A stretch of DNA of 64,000 bases from Ruditapes philippinarum (Eukaryota), in NCBI RefSeq assembly GCF_026571515.1, contig NW_026860662.1, forward strand, positions 1-64,000, read 5' to 3'. A program made the translations under genes and the position numbers. Shown in pieces: positions 12,191-26,144 of this stretch. The first letter of the stretch is position 1. Each line of letters begins with the position of its first letter. The notes under the pieces are model-generated. The model was not told the origin of the DNA and did not search any database. It saw nothing but the letters and a program-made list of their open reading frames with translations.

Positions 12191-14076
12191 TACATATGTA
12201 AGTACGTTTAAAATGATAGGACTTATGAAAATTAAAACTTTATTCAAAAAAAATCTGAATACCTTATTTTACTTTATATCCTATATAAACTGAGAATATC
12301 TTCAATCTTGTTCACTACGTTATAACCTGGTGTCACTGACTCATCGATATTTATTGAATGAAATAAACGCGCCACTGAAAAGTTATGACGATTGAAAAAA
12401 ACCACAAGTACGTGTATAATAAACTTCCTCTTTCGGCCTTAAAGAAACTTTATCATTAACCGTCGCTATACTATTTACTTGACATCCTTTCAAGACGTGA
12501 TATTGTTTTAATTATAATTTTATAAATATGTATCTTGTATTACAATCCTTAAACTGCTTTCTATGAACGCTTAAAAATATAATATATGTCCGTCATTTGT
12601 AAACAATACCACATCACATAGTAGATATGTATTTATCATAGAAACAAGTATTCGTATTCAGGTCAAACTCATGCAAATGATAAAGTAGTTAGTAACCGCA
12701 GTGTTTGATATCGTAATAAAAAATCAAGTGCACATATTTTTCCTGTACAAGTTCCACCCTTATTACGCTTTTAACCAGTTTGAACGCCTATCCTTTAAAG
12801 AACCTACAACTTGAGGCGTATTTATTTCCTTATTTATTCAACATAGTTCTATTAATTCTTGCACTGATGTACTTATGATTATGGCGGTTAAAATAACACA
12901 TAAATCATTTAGAAAAGATACATTGAAACTTGATTTGTACATTTAATGTCAATAAAACAGTTTTATTAAAATAATCATTTTGGTACTATTGTATACTTAT
13001 TTATTCGCTCGTGAAATGAATGTCGCCTGTTGCGTCCATTGTTCGCTTTGTATAATTAAATGTAATTTTATTAACTTTTATCACAGTTTGTGGACCTTTC
13101 TGTTGAAAATGTGTCGCAATTAAATCGTGTACATATACATGCACAGTGGTGCGTTAACTGGAGTGCACTTCATTGGTTACTGTCTTCTTAGGTTTCATAT
13201 TGTGACAACAGGGAACGTATTTTTAATGCTTGACTATGATACAATAGAGAAAGAACAACAAAACACTCGGTAATCTAATTGCTACGCTCCCTCGAACAAA
13301 TCAGATAGCCTCATGTATCGATGCTCTTCATATTACTTACTTATTGACAGCACAAGTGGACATGCATTTATGTTAAGTCACTTGCGTCATCTGATCTTGA
13401 ATATGTTGGGTTTTTTTTCAACATTTTTTTTCCTGTTATTATTCATTCAAACTTAATGCGAAAGTCAGACTGAGCATGCATTACCTGTTTGACTTATAAT
13501 AAGGAAAATATTCTCTAAAGCCTGGATAAACATAAAACTGAGGCTAATTCACTAACCGCATATTAATAAAAATCAGAACTTAGCAAAAGAAACATTTTGA
13601 TTTTTTAAAGCGTTTACAAATAAACAAGTTCATGACTTTGCCAAAGTCATGGATGTTTTAAAAGTAAAATAAGTAAATGCATCTCTTCAAAAGTTTCATC
13701 GAAATTTTACGGCATATTCGGCAATCAAAACATTTCGGCTCTTTCAGCCAATTTCAAACATAAATGAAAACACAGATCGAATACGTTGTTTAGACCTAAT
13801 ACCACCTTGTAAACAAATTGATTAATAATAGTTTTATTTCAGCATACCGTCATTGAGTCTACTTAAGTAAAATACCGTCTTATAAGCACTTTTTCTGCAG
13901 AAATATGTTTCTACTGTTTCTGCTGAAAACAACAAGCAAAAAACAAACAAATTAATGATTCAAATGCTACTACATGTAATTATTTTTTAGGAACCAGAAG
14001 TACAAGTTCCATGTTTGCATGTTGACGATATTTTGCTTTCAGCTATAAATTTGTATGTATTTGTGGTGTAGTTTAC

Positions 14077-14401
14077 TACGGAATGCCGTCAGGGCCATCG
14101 CCTATGAATGTTTTGATCTAAAACGCGATAGTCGATAGTACGATGGTGAAAACGCGAAATCACAAAACTACGATGATGAAAACGCGAAAGCACGATGATG
14201 AAAACGCGATAGTACGATGCTAAAAACGCGACAGTACGATACTACAATGATGAAAACGCGGTAAAATATCGTGTTTTCACCATCGTACTGTCGCGTTTCC
14301 ACCATCGTAGTTTTGTGATTTCGCGTTTTCATCATCGTACTGTCGAGTATCGCGTTTCAGATCAAACCATTCATAGGCGATGGCACTAACGGCATTCCGT
14401 A
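14077..14401. mobile_element. Palindromic MITE, IS3EU-like (TAC...GTA, 6-bp TSD)
   Basis: TIRs TACGGAATGCCGT / ACGGCATTCCGTA with a perfect TSD gtttac (14071-14076 and 14402-14407). Internal acgatgatgaaaacgcg repeats occur in both orientations. Confidence 0.8.
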
Positions 14402-14409
14402 GTTTACCT

Positions 14410-14682
14410 TCGAGATCACGACAGGGAGCCACATTGTATATTCCAGAGCATAGTTCAGCCACCGCATTGATCCTAGGCCAGCTGTCAACCAATTTACTAG
14501 TACTAGTTGCCTTCACTTTCACAAGGAACTGATAACTTCTGTACATGCCAGACTAGAGGTACAGTGAGAATGAACGTAGAAAGGATTCCATGATCAATCT
14601 CGACGAAATTGAATTGCGCCGCCTGGGTATCGGACCGGTTCGCCCGATTCCCAATTCAACGCTCTACCTATTGAGATAACCA
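14410..14682 (-). mobile_element. tRNA-derived SINE (decayed)
   Basis: The minus strand starts ggttatctcaataggtagagcg...ccggtccgatacccagg (A/B-box-like). A possibly related decayed copy lies on + at ~42635-42880. Confidence 0.5.
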
Positions 14683-14840
14683 GACGAATATTCCATAAAT
14701 TATGTGTACATGGGCATTCTTGAATTATTCAAATTGTATGTCTAGACTTATGTGTAATGCTTTATAATGAAGGAATGATTTGTATATATCACTTGTATTC
14801 AGTTTACTACATACTTTTCTCATTTACTATTTGTAACCGT

Positions 14841-15075
14841 AGGGTGTCCGTGGCCGAGTGGTGAAGGTCGTTGTCTTCAAACCAGCCCCTCACCCTTGTG
14901 GATTCGAATCCTGATAGGTACTTTTTTTTCTTTCAGCTAGATAACGGAATGTCGGTGGTTATGAAATAATGCCAGGAAGGGCACCCGAGGTCTTCCTGCA
15001 CTAGTAAAGCTGGAACGTCGCCATATGATCTCTACTGTGTCGGTGTGACGTAAAACCCAATCAAACAATAAACAC
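14841..15075 (+). mobile_element. tRNA-derived SINE (MetaSINE-like)
   Basis: A box gtggccgagtgg, B box ggattcgaatcc, body gaggtcttcctgca...gtcgccatatga...gtgacgtaaaacccaa, A-rich tail. A decayed relative lies at ~42160-42375. Confidence 0.7.
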
Positions 15076-16039
15076 ATTTGTAACCATCATTTTGTTTGTG
15101 GCGGCAGACATTGTAAAACATATATGCCTTTAAAGGCATATCCTTTTGAAATAAATATTGAGTCATGATATAATTTCAAAACTTAGGTTCTCTAGTTAGA
15201 TAAAGATTATTATTATTATCTTTATTACCTCCATCACTGAAGAGCATTTACATTATACATATTACAGATAATACAAAGGATCATTTATACAGTAAATATA
15301 AATACAAGATTGTTTTAGAATTATATAAATTAGTAAAGAAAAGGCATAATTATAATACGTACAAACATACTAAAAGAAAACTAATGCAATTTATCTGTAA
15401 TATCTCTCAACAAATGTCAATTGAATGAATATATATATAGGGAATAAGCTACTTAGTTGCATAGATATCAGGTTCATATGTGTATATATCAAGAGCATCA
15501 GACCTGAGCTCGTTTATTGTAACAAAATTACTTAGGTGAAGGCAGAGGTAAAATTAAATTCAATTAAGTAAAGTTTAAAGTTACAATAATTTCAATTTTG
15601 AGGAAAGACGATGAATAATTATTGAAAAAATAAATTTTATAATATTTAAATGATTGCCAAATCACACATTAAGTAATTAGCCTTAATCGAAACGAAATTA
15701 TCAAAAGGCGATTATGATGGTGTTTAAGCTAGGCCTGTTGTTGTTATTTTATATCATGAATAAGGACACTTACGCAAACTATCAATTATTTACTATCTTA
15801 TAATCTCATTGTATATGATTTAAATTGAGCAATAGTAGGAAAAAAAGACTCTTAGTGAAAAACAACACTTGTACGTTAACTTTAAACCGAAAACCGAAAC
15901 ATTAAGGTGTGTAAGTTGTGTTGTGAACAAAGAGTAATGATATCACAAAAAATGTACATTTATAATAAGAAAATTCATAAAACAAACATAAATAATTGAA
16001 AATAATATAACATTCAGTATTAAATCTTTTGTACACGTT

Positions 16040-16515
16040 TGTCGTAAACACAATGAAAAAAAGAGAAACACTTTTTCGTTTCTACTTTTAATATTCAATT
16101 TTTAAACAATTTTTTATTTTACTTTTACAATCCACAAGTTTTTATCTCTCTAACACTTTTTACTATTTTAATGTATTTTACATCAAAATCCTTTTCATAT
16201 TTCAATCACTATTTTCCTTCTTACAATACTTTTTAACACACCACTAAACTTCTGTGACCATGCCCGGTCTCTATTTATACCAAAGCTATCATGAAAAGCA
16301 CGTGAATATGTTTGTGGAGGGAATTCAATGGCGGGAAAGTTACAAGGAGCAATGTAATATAATAAGACTTTGGCGCGAAATCCAAAGAGCAATAAACGGA
16401 GTATCAACATACAATAAAGTTTAAAGGAGCATATTCAAAGAACAGCATTTAAATACCAAGTATTCATTACATATAGAAAATGAAGCATCGTAGAAAACAC
16501 TATGTTAGCGAAACA
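16040..16515 (-). repeat. 3' LTR of BEL/Pao element
   Basis: Nearly identical to 22598-23044. Confidence 0.9.
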
Positions 16516-16825
16516 TCTTATTAACAATGGCACATTGATAAACTTGGAGTGTCAAATTAATGCAATACATCATATGATCTATTTCAAATACATGAAGTAA
16601 AAACGAATATATAAAAAAGTGCTTATGTATGAACAAATAGTCTCTCACAATCTCTTCCTGAGTGTTTTAACAACATTGCTATAATGTCAAACATTAAAGA
16701 CTGTCTATGTGCGTCTCTATTTGATACAGAGTTGGTATGTTTAATGTTTAGAAACTAAAACACATATTGTATTTTATGAATATCATCGTTATTTGACATC
16801 ATTGATTTTTTTTATAATTTTTTAC

Positions 16826-19800
16826 TTAAATAGTTTTTAATTTTTGTTTTGCAATTTCCCCTGCCTGTCTGTTTGATACTTTATCTGGTTTCTTTTCACT
16901 TTCTCACTGTCGTATCCCCTTTGTCATCAATAAATGTGAATTTTTTAATCACATTCAAGAGATTAAGTAAGTTCAAAGGGGTCTGCCTATCAGTCTCTTC
17001 GAAGTAGCTGTACTTTAGCAAGATCGAATTTCTCCATTCATTACTTGTTCCTAACTCCACAATGCGACCAATTTTCAACTTCTCTAGAAAATTTTCCTTT
17101 ATTTGCACAAACATCACCCCACACTCGGTATTTTTGTGCGTAAATTTCCGTCCTGATTTTAATTGAGTTCTGAAGGCGCTTCTTAAACTCACAGGTTACT
17201 ATCACGCCCAAATTTCCAGAACTCATTCAGTAATCTTTGTCCTTTTTTCCAAATCTTTAACAGTTTTTCAGTGAACTTTCGAACAGCGTAAATAGTTTCA
17301 TCACCATCGTCGTGCTCAAGTGGTACACCGGTGTTGGATTTAATGTTAAAAATGCCCAGTGTCAAAGGGATGTTAGAAGAAAATCATTTCTTCTTAAATA
17401 AGGTCTCGAATTGACAACATTTCCACTTCCTTTATAGTGTTGAAGTTGAATCTTGCAAGAAGTTTTCTCCCTATGATTTTTAAGTCGCACTTTTAACTAG
17501 CCCCAAACTAAACGTTCATAGAATCCCCCCATCCGGGAGATTAACTCGACAATGAAATCCAACAATGCCTTTCGAAGCTACGTATTGACATTACTTCATT
17601 ACTTTGCCACTACGTTTTTCCATATGATGATTTGATGACTTGCTTGCAAGTTTAACCTGAGCAGTGTTATCAAAAACAATCTCATAGGGAGTGTTTCTTT
17701 GTGAAATGAATCGTTGCAGAACACATCAGGAATTCTTCGTGTAGCTTAAATCCTGAATCTACTTCAAATGAATAGCCCGTGTTGTCATACACGAAAAAAC
17801 CATATCCAGACTTTTCTTTACCATTGATGTTTTATTGTTAAGGTCCAAGAAAATCTACCAGTCGTGAAAATGCACTTACTTTTGTACTCTTGAACTGGGA
17901 AGTTGGCATAACAGCATTTTTGTATGGGCCTCCATTCGTAGACGCGACACACATTACACTTATTTAATGCTTGCTTTGGACCGCTGAACGACCGCGAGTA
18001 TCAGTATGTTTGTCTTGTCTGGATAGCGTATGAATGTCCATAATGCATACACTCTTTATGTGCCCTTTGAATCACTAGTTCAGTTTTAATCTTTTCTTTT
18101 TGGGTAGAAGAATATGGTTGTATTGCTCCTTCTGATAAGCAAGAGTCCCTAAACGCCCAGAAAACGCAATAAATCCATTTTGTCATAACCAGCCGAGTTT
18201 CTTGGTAGTCCGGACGCGCCTTATTTCTTTTTGAATTATTCTATAGGTCCTTTATTATAAATGTTCCTTTGGAACATAAACTATCCACAAATTTTTCAGC
18301 TTTCGTAAGTCGTCACAAGTTAGAATTTTGCATCATCTTTTACAATTTTTGAGTTTCCTAATGAACTTTAACACAAAGCTGAACACGCAACAATTTTGTC
18401 AACGTTTAATTTCTTTGATGTCAATTCCACAAGTGGATACAATATCATGTTTGTTTTGCTTTCATTTTCTTCGACAGCAATTGGAAACACATAGGTTCTT
18501 TTTCATCTTTTTTCTTGCTTTAATTCATGGTCAATAATATTGTCGTGATTATTATTCCAGTTTCGTGGACTTTCACAACACCCAAGTGGACCGTTCCACC
18601 AAAAAGAATTATCCTTTAAATCATTCACGCTGACAACCTCGAGTGCAACGTCAAAGCTGGATTATCTTTTGTGTTACATGAGCAAAAAATCACCACAATT
18701 ATGCTTTTTGATTTCTTTAACTCTAGTTTTCACAAATAGGGAAGTTGCTTTTTTACTATTAATCAAGTCTAATGCTACCTGAGAGTCGTCCAAAGGTTAT
18801 TCGTGATGACATTTCTTATCCATTAACTGTGTCTTCCACAAAAGTTTCAAACACCTAAAAACAACCTGATTAGCACTGCCATTAGCTCTAATCTTGGAAT
18901 AGTCATTTTCTTGACTGGAGGCAAGATGTGTTTTGGCAAAGATCAAGTTTTGATTTCTATAAGTTACATTTTCTTGCTGTAGATAGATTGCAGTGGCATA
19001 AGCCTTTGACGAAGCGGTCACAAAAACAAAGTAAATTGTATTTTACATATTTGTCTTGAGAAACGATACTCCGGCGTATTTTGATGTCCAGATATCAACC
19101 TAAGTTGATCGCTGATAAATGACCACTTATCGACGCACATGTTCGTCTGTTATCTTTGTATCCCAGTCGAAACACTTTCCAAACATTTCTTGAAGCAAAC
19201 ATTTTTCCATGAAGAATGACTGGTGACACAAGAGCCATGGGGTCAAATATTGATGCTATTCCTTTCAGTACGATTTCGTTTTGTCACTAATGAACGGTTT
19301 ATATTCGAAACATACAGATTTTACTGACAGAATATCTTGTTTTATGTCCAAACATGTCCTAGAACCTTAGGTTTCAAGTTCAGTGGATCTGTCAACCTCT
19401 AAGAATAAGACTGGTTTACTTTTTCACTACTTGAACTCCACTCCCGAAAATTCATTGAGGCGTCTTTAAAACATGCTTTTTGCTTCTTTATACAAGTCTA
19501 CAGCTTGTTCATCGCTGGATGCTCCGGTTATAATATTGTCCATATAAATGTTTCATGTTTCAGCTGTTCTGATAGTTTAGTGTCATAAGCAATTCAAATG
19601 AGCCTCAATCGTTGCAACTGAGAAGGAAAAGGGCTTGAAATAATCGCCAAACGGTACTCTACAGAAAACGATGAAATTTCGATGTTTGTTTGGAAACAGT
19701 GATGGTCTTTTTGTGTCTTTAATCCAAAAGAATCTGGTACATCGCGTTCTGAGGTCTTGTAGACCAAACTTGAAGAAACGCTTTTCGATGTCCACAACCA

Positions 19801-22425
19801 TTGCCACTCTAATGTAAAAGAAATCTCATAAGTAGCCCACACAAGTCCTTGAGTAAAACAGGACCTCGAAAAAGACACTCATTTCAAATCTTGATGATTC
19901 TGGTGATATTTTTGCCGACGCATCATAAACAATCTAAGCTTTGTTGTTGACTTTTGTGGGCGTGATAACCGCATGATGAGGAATATAGTGATGCATTAAT
20001 TCCTTTGCCTTTCCCCGAGTCTTGAACCTTCTCAATAACTCCTTTTGACAGTTGGTCTTTTATAACATTGTTGTATTTTTCTAGCAGGTCAGGTTTTGTT
20101 TTCTAGTTTTTCAAACACGACCTAAAGTCGTCCAATTGCAAGTCCTTTGTTTTCGGGTAAATCTGGATTTTCTTCTTTCCATGGCCAGGTAACACTGTAT
20201 CTATACCATCCTGAAAAGGTGAGGGTGCTTTTAAACTTCTCATTGACAACTCATCATCATTCATTTTGTTCTTTGTCACAAATGCCTTTAGCCTCTATGT
20301 TCCAAAAATCCTCTAGATCTTGAATCGAGTTTTCACAAGAATCGATACCACAGAATATCCCTTTGTTTACAGTTGAATTGTTAACACTTCCGTGTGTGAG
20401 AATGAGCATGTTTGGTTCCTCTTTCTCTTTTATTTCTGAGTATGACCTTCCTGTAAGAATCCAACCGAGTTTAGAACACATCAGATACAATCCGGGCTGA
20501 ACTTCAATCTTTTGTTGAAGTACAATGTCTAGGTAATGATCATTGCCGATCAAAACTTCTATTTGAGATGTTTCATTTTTGTCGGGAAACGTATCAGCTA
20601 GATTCCAAATTTTCTGCAATATCTCTGAATTCTTTCAGGACTTGTTTATTTCAGTGACTTTCTATGTATTGCTTCCACTTATCACTGGTACAATGTTTGC
20701 TTTAAGACATAGCTTTTGCCCATTTCTTAACTATAAATTGATGGAAGTCACGTGTGTCTTTATCACTCTAGCATCTTTACCGCCAAATGTAAACACATGT
20801 AACTCTTCGACATACTGCTTCTTTAGTCTTAATTTGTCAGCTAGTGACTGTGTGATATATGTTCTCTGAGAGCCACAGTCAAGAAGAATTCTTGTCTTGA
20901 CACTTTCGTTAGATTTTGGGTTTTGAATATCAGTTAGCGCCGTCTGCATAAACACAAATTCTCCGTGAGACAACATAGCATTTTCTTCATTTTCTCCATC
21001 GGTGAGATATTATTGATTTGCTTCGTTGCACTCATCTGTGATTCTTCTTGTGTTGTTTGTTTATATTTCTTAGGACACAGACTTCTATGATGTCTATTGA
21101 ATTGATTACAGTACACACACTTTTTATTTGATTTGCATTCACGAATTCCATGACCATCCATTAGGCAACGATAACATCTACCTCTGATTCTGTTTTTCCG
21201 TTCTTCCAATGTTGCGAATCGAGTACACATGTCACTCCAATGATTCTCTGCACAATATCTACACACTGGCTTGTTATGAACAGTTTCATGGGCCACAAAT
21301 GTGTCGGCACTGCTACGGAATTTCTGAAAATGATGTTGATAATGAAAATCTTTATTCCAAGTATTCTTTGGCATTGCTCCGTCTTTCTTTATTCCCCTGT
21401 TCACTGAATTAAATTGACCTCCATGCACTCTATCACTCTTTCCTTTGTCAGACTTTTCACAAGCGCCAATGTATCTCGTAGGTGATCACGCAAACTGTCA
21501 ACAGTCCACTCGTTTTTTGCTCCTTTTATTATTTCCAGCTGCCGGAGCACATCCTCTGGCAGCTTTGTGCGAAGTCATTGAAACAAAAACGTGTTGATTC
21601 ACATTTTCCTTTAGCATCTCAAGACTGCGTAAGGTTTTTTCAACTTTATCCAAAAAAATCGCAGGCTTTCAACCTTTGTAGTTGGTGTGAATGAACATTA
21701 AGCATTTCTTTGTAATGAAGATCAATAATCTCTTGTTTGTTGCCGTACCTCTCTCGGAGAATTCCGACTGCAATAGAATAATTGTCGTTGGTACGCGCAA
21801 GTCCAGCTAATGCTCTCTTCGCTTCTCCGCCTAGTTTGCTTAGCAAATAATTAAACTTTTCTATGCTGGATAGTTTAGTGTTTCTGTGCACAATGGATTC
21901 AAAAGAGTCCCAAAATGCCCACAAGTTTATTTTGTTTCCGTAAAACATGTCCAAATCAAGTTTTGGTAATTTAACTGCACTTGTATTTTTTCTGTCCGTT
22001 TGCATCTGCACCATCATTTGACGTTGCTGTTCAATTTGTGTTATCATCATCTTTTGCATTTGTTCTTGATATGTCTCTTTTTCTTTCTCATCATGTTTCA
22101 ATGGTACAATTGACTCACAAAATTGGTCTAAATCAATGATACAATTTTCTACCTCGAAATTCAAATTGCAATCCTCATCTACAATCTGTTGCAAATATTC
22201 CGAATCACTTTTAGTTAAACGTTCTGATAGTTTATCCATTTGACTCATCAATTTCTCAGAATAGGATTTCAATAGACTTTTACACCTTTGAACATCTTTT
22301 AAAAACTCAATTTCTGACACTACACTCACCTCACATTTCAGAAGGTCGTTTGCTTTCTGAAGCTCAGTTATCACCACTTTTCTGTACTTCGTTCTCACTC
22401 CTTTCAATGAAGCAACAGTTGGCAT
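16826..22425 (-). pseudogene. BEL/Pao gag-pol polyprotein (many frameshifts)
   Basis: Gag DUF1759-like KLPKLDL..FWDSFESIVH; three Zn knuckles (CRYC..H...C, CYRC....H....C, CVYC....HH..LC); protease LLDCGSQRTYI; RT IYMDNII; RNase H ASSKAYATAIY; integrase HHCC and C-terminal IGRIVEL. Confidence 0.9.
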
Positions 22426-22569
22426 TTTGAATATATATTCTGGTTGCACAAACACAATTTTATCAGAACACTTAATCGAGTAAAGAAATAATCTACTTTT
22501 GAAATGTACTAAACACCTTTTGTCACTTCTCAATTTTTATTTTCACTTCACACTTTACATCCACTTTAT

Positions 22570-22588
22570 AATCCGGTTCGCGGGACGA
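22570..22588 (-). promoter_or_regulatory. Primer-binding site (tRNA-Tyr-like)
   Basis: Minus strand TCGTCCCGCGAACCGGATT lies just inside the 5' LTR and resembles the complement of the tRNA-Tyr 3' end, TGGTCCTTCGAGCCGGATT. Confidence 0.6.
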
Positions 22589-22597
22589 TTTTCATTA

Positions 22598-23044
22598 TGT
22601 CGTAAACACAATGAAAATAAGAGAAACACTTTTTCGTTTCTACTTTTAATATTCAATTTTTAAACACTTTTTTATTTTTACTTTTACAATCCACAAGTTT
22701 TTATCTCTCTAACACTTTTTTACTATTTTATGTATTTTACATCAAAATCCTTTTCATATTTCAATCACTTTCCTTCTTACAATACTTTTTAACACACACT
22801 AAACTTCTGTGACCATGCGGTCTCTATTTATACAAAGCTATCATGAAAAGCACGTGAATATGTTTGTGGCGGGAATTCAATGGCGGGAAAGTTAAAAGGA
22901 GCAATGTAATATAATAAGACTTTGGCGCGAAAACCAAAGGAGCAATAAACGGAGTATCAACATACAATAAAGTTTAAAGGAGCATATTCAAAGAACAGCA
23001 TTTAAATACCAAGTATTCATTACATAATCGCTATGTTAGCGACA
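22598..23044 (-). repeat. 5' LTR of BEL/Pao element
   Basis: Nearly identical to 16040-16515; the minus strand begins TGTCGCTAACATAG. Confidence 0.9.
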
Positions 23045-23774
23045 TCGTTCATAACTCAATATAACTTAATGCAATGAAGTTATTCGCCATCTGCTTATAT
23101 CACAGTTTATACATTACTTAGGTAGTCATGTTATAGAACACCTTAAAACATGATACTCTCAGGCTATCGTTCATGTCAAAAGAATCAAAACCACTAAACA
23201 TTTCTAAAAGTTGTGATTCTGGTGAAAGGGTACAAAACATTTCGAATTGTTGTATGCCTAACATATGTGACAGGTTAGACCATAATGTAGATCTGATACT
23301 CTCCATTTTCTCACAGAAGAAAATAAGATGTAACACAATATAGTCAGTGGGTAATTCACATTTATTACACGTTACTTCATAGCTTCTTGAGAAAAATTTA
23401 GAAAGAAGTCTGAATGCATAGACACATTGAATCTGATATGTTTTATACTGGTGACTGAATCTCCATAACATACAAGGTTCATACTTTAAGTGCAAGCGGG
23501 AGAAACTAGATAGACTATCATCGCATAATTTTCTATTGCGCCATTCGAATTCAACAGTTTTGTGAATGGCTGATTTGATCGTGTTTTTCCATGCGTATGA
23601 GGATGGTATAGTTCCAGTGTTCATGTAACGAAGTTAGTCCATACCGACCTAATATTTTGTATAAATCTGGGATAAATCCAGACACTTTTCTCGGTTCCAG
23701 CATGTTCGACGTAAGTCTATTTGAAAATACTTGTTTAATTTTAAATTTTGTAGTAAACCGAAGAAGAGGAGTTT

Positions 23775-24126
23775 TCTTCGAACCAGCCCCTCACCCTTGT
23801 GGATTCGAATCCTGATAGGTACGTTTTGTTTCTTTCATATGAGGAAGCTATCCAGCTAGATTACGGAATGTCGGTGGTTATGAAATAATGCCAGGAAGGG
23901 CACCCGAGGTCTTCCTGCACCAGTAAAGCTGGAACGTCGCCATATGATCTCTACTGTGTCGGTGTGACGTAAAACCCAATCAAACAATAAACACATTTGT
24001 AACCATCATTTTGTTTGTGGCGGCAGACATTGTAAAATATATATGCCTTTAAAGGCATATCTTTTTGAAATAAATATTGAGTCATGAAATAATTTCAAAA
24101 CTTAGGTTCTCTAGTTAGATAAAGAT
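23775..24126 (+). repeat. Direct duplication of 14874-15207 (SINE body plus unique flank)
   Basis: Near-identical from tcttc(a/g)aaccagcccctc to ttagataaagat; the left copy lacks ~19 nt. Confidence 0.9.
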
Positions 24127-26144
24127 GAAGTTAATCTATTCTTTAATCGATTACAAAACACATTTATTGTTTCATATAATTGTTACAAAATTTTGATTTA
24201 ACATACGTCAAACAAGATGTAATTTTGTTAAGAACGTGATAAAGTTTAAATACTGCTCTGCTTTAGATTATTTTTGAAACATTTATCAATTGTACATCAT
24301 ACTCTAACCCTAAACTTTAAAATGATTTAATGTAAGCTTAAAATCTACCAGCTTCGTTTGTAGGGAAATGCCATGTTTGGAAAGATATGGTTTATTTATA
24401 TTACTTGTTTTAATTCTAGCATGGTCAGAAATAAATGATCTCGTGATGTTGATATAAATCACAAAAGCAATTCCATTAAGTGAGCTCACCAATATAGATA
24501 CACATCTATGAAACAGCCACACCTGTGAAAACAAGTAATAAAAGGTAATATATAGAGCTGGCAATGTATTGATTTTACTTGTTATATCCATGACAAACTA
24601 CATTTCTCTAAGACATGAAGATACTCTATTGCTTTCTCTTCTTCGTCCTTAAAACTCTCTGTATCTCACACTACAGGAATATAATCAATACAAATATAAC
24701 TTGAAGCAATGTTGATATTAGCGAAAAAAACGAAGTATTTTGTGTGTGTATATAAAACTTAATTCAGCTTTCTTAAAAATGAATGAAATCTGTTTATAAC
24801 AGTGTTGAATGCTGTTATTTTAATTTATGGTTCAACTCCAGGATATACCGGTATAAAGCGGGACTGAAATTGAATAACAATGGCGGATTAAAATATAAAG
24901 AGAATCTAATTTAAACTGTAATGATATTTTACCAAGGATTAGTTGTTACGAGAAAGCTATTGACTATAGTTCAATGTATATTAATATAAAAATGGATTAA
25001 CGGTATACGGGTGTAGATATGTTTGTCAAAATATCAAATATTCTTAAGGCGTGTCCTAAATCACAGACATTGACAAAAATAAAATAAAACTGATATATTG
25101 AATGTTGAAGGAGTTTGAAACTGCCAGGTACATTTTTATTATTTGATAATAGTTTGCTCAATAACATTGTATAAATCGCAATTTTTTTTGTAATGCATCC
25201 ACCAATATATGAATAATATAAAAATTATGTTTAACTTTAGAATTGACTAAAATTACATTTAATTAACAGTTTAAATATCTAGAAGTACTTTTTTAGAATT
25301 AAGTAACGTGATTTTCAACACTATATGTTTCTTATTTATATAAATGTAAGAGTAACATTTTACGTAACGTTGCTGATCTTCATTGATAAGAGTACAACGT
25401 AAATGATTAACGTTGTATATACATGTTCACATGCTAACTATAAGAGCACGGTATATAACCTGTGGTGAAGTATGAAGTTAGTACGTTAGATATATAGTAT
25501 AATGTTTTAAAGACGTGTTGACTGGCTATATGGTCTGGTAAAACAGTTGATATAACCCAGACTGTTACACTATGGTTATATAGTAGTCATGGTCATATAC
25601 GTTGCCAAGTGTTATATATTCCGAATTTATCATGTTTTTTTTATTGTTTTTAAATAAATATAGAAATAATACAAGTCTGCAGAAGACACGATGTAGATGA
25701 TATAAACATTATCAGATTATAATTGGCCAGTGAAAATAGACAATTGTAGTATTGTTTAATGTAAAACTCGTGTTTACCTGTATTTATTAAAGCCGGTGTG
25801 TTCGGGATATCAGTTCTCTTTTTTTTTATTTTACATATACATTTCTAGAACCAGTATAATCAACCGTTCAATAAAGAAAAACTATAAACAACAAATATTA
25901 CATGAATATGAGAACGAAAGAGAGCGCATCATATGATTAAATGCAGCACGTAATTATCATACCAAAGTTACGAAAAAAAACTCACCCTTCCTTTCCATTT
26001 CCTTATACTACAAGTTCCCTAGAGACCATTGTACGATATAGACATGCAGTTTTATTCTATGCTTCACTATACATGTATCTTGTCCAATAGTTTTTAAGAT
26101 GAAATCAATAAATCTTAAGGTGAAATCAATTAATTGTATAGTAA

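Larger units (their letters stand above)
16040..23044 (-). mobile_element. BEL/Pao LTR retrotransposon, full length, frameshifted
   Basis: Direct LTRs with TGTCG...CGACA outer termini and 5-bp flanks acgtt / tcgtt. A PBS is present, and domain order is gag-PR-RT-RNaseH-IN. Confidence 0.93.
15208..23774 (-). mobile_element. 5'-truncated LINE (L2/CR1-like) fragment, host of the BEL element
   Basis: The minus-strand 3' end reads tggaggt-AATAAA-gat(aat)n at 15208-15232. ORF 23118..23624 resembles the post-RT C-terminus of a LINE ORF2, with a CxxC..H...C motif (CNKCELPTDYIVLHLIFFC). Confidence 0.65.

Noticed and set aside
14841-14920. tRNA gene
   Set aside because: It has A/B boxes but no complete cloverleaf and continues into a SINE body; the same applies at 26145, 10290-10310 and 44000-44065
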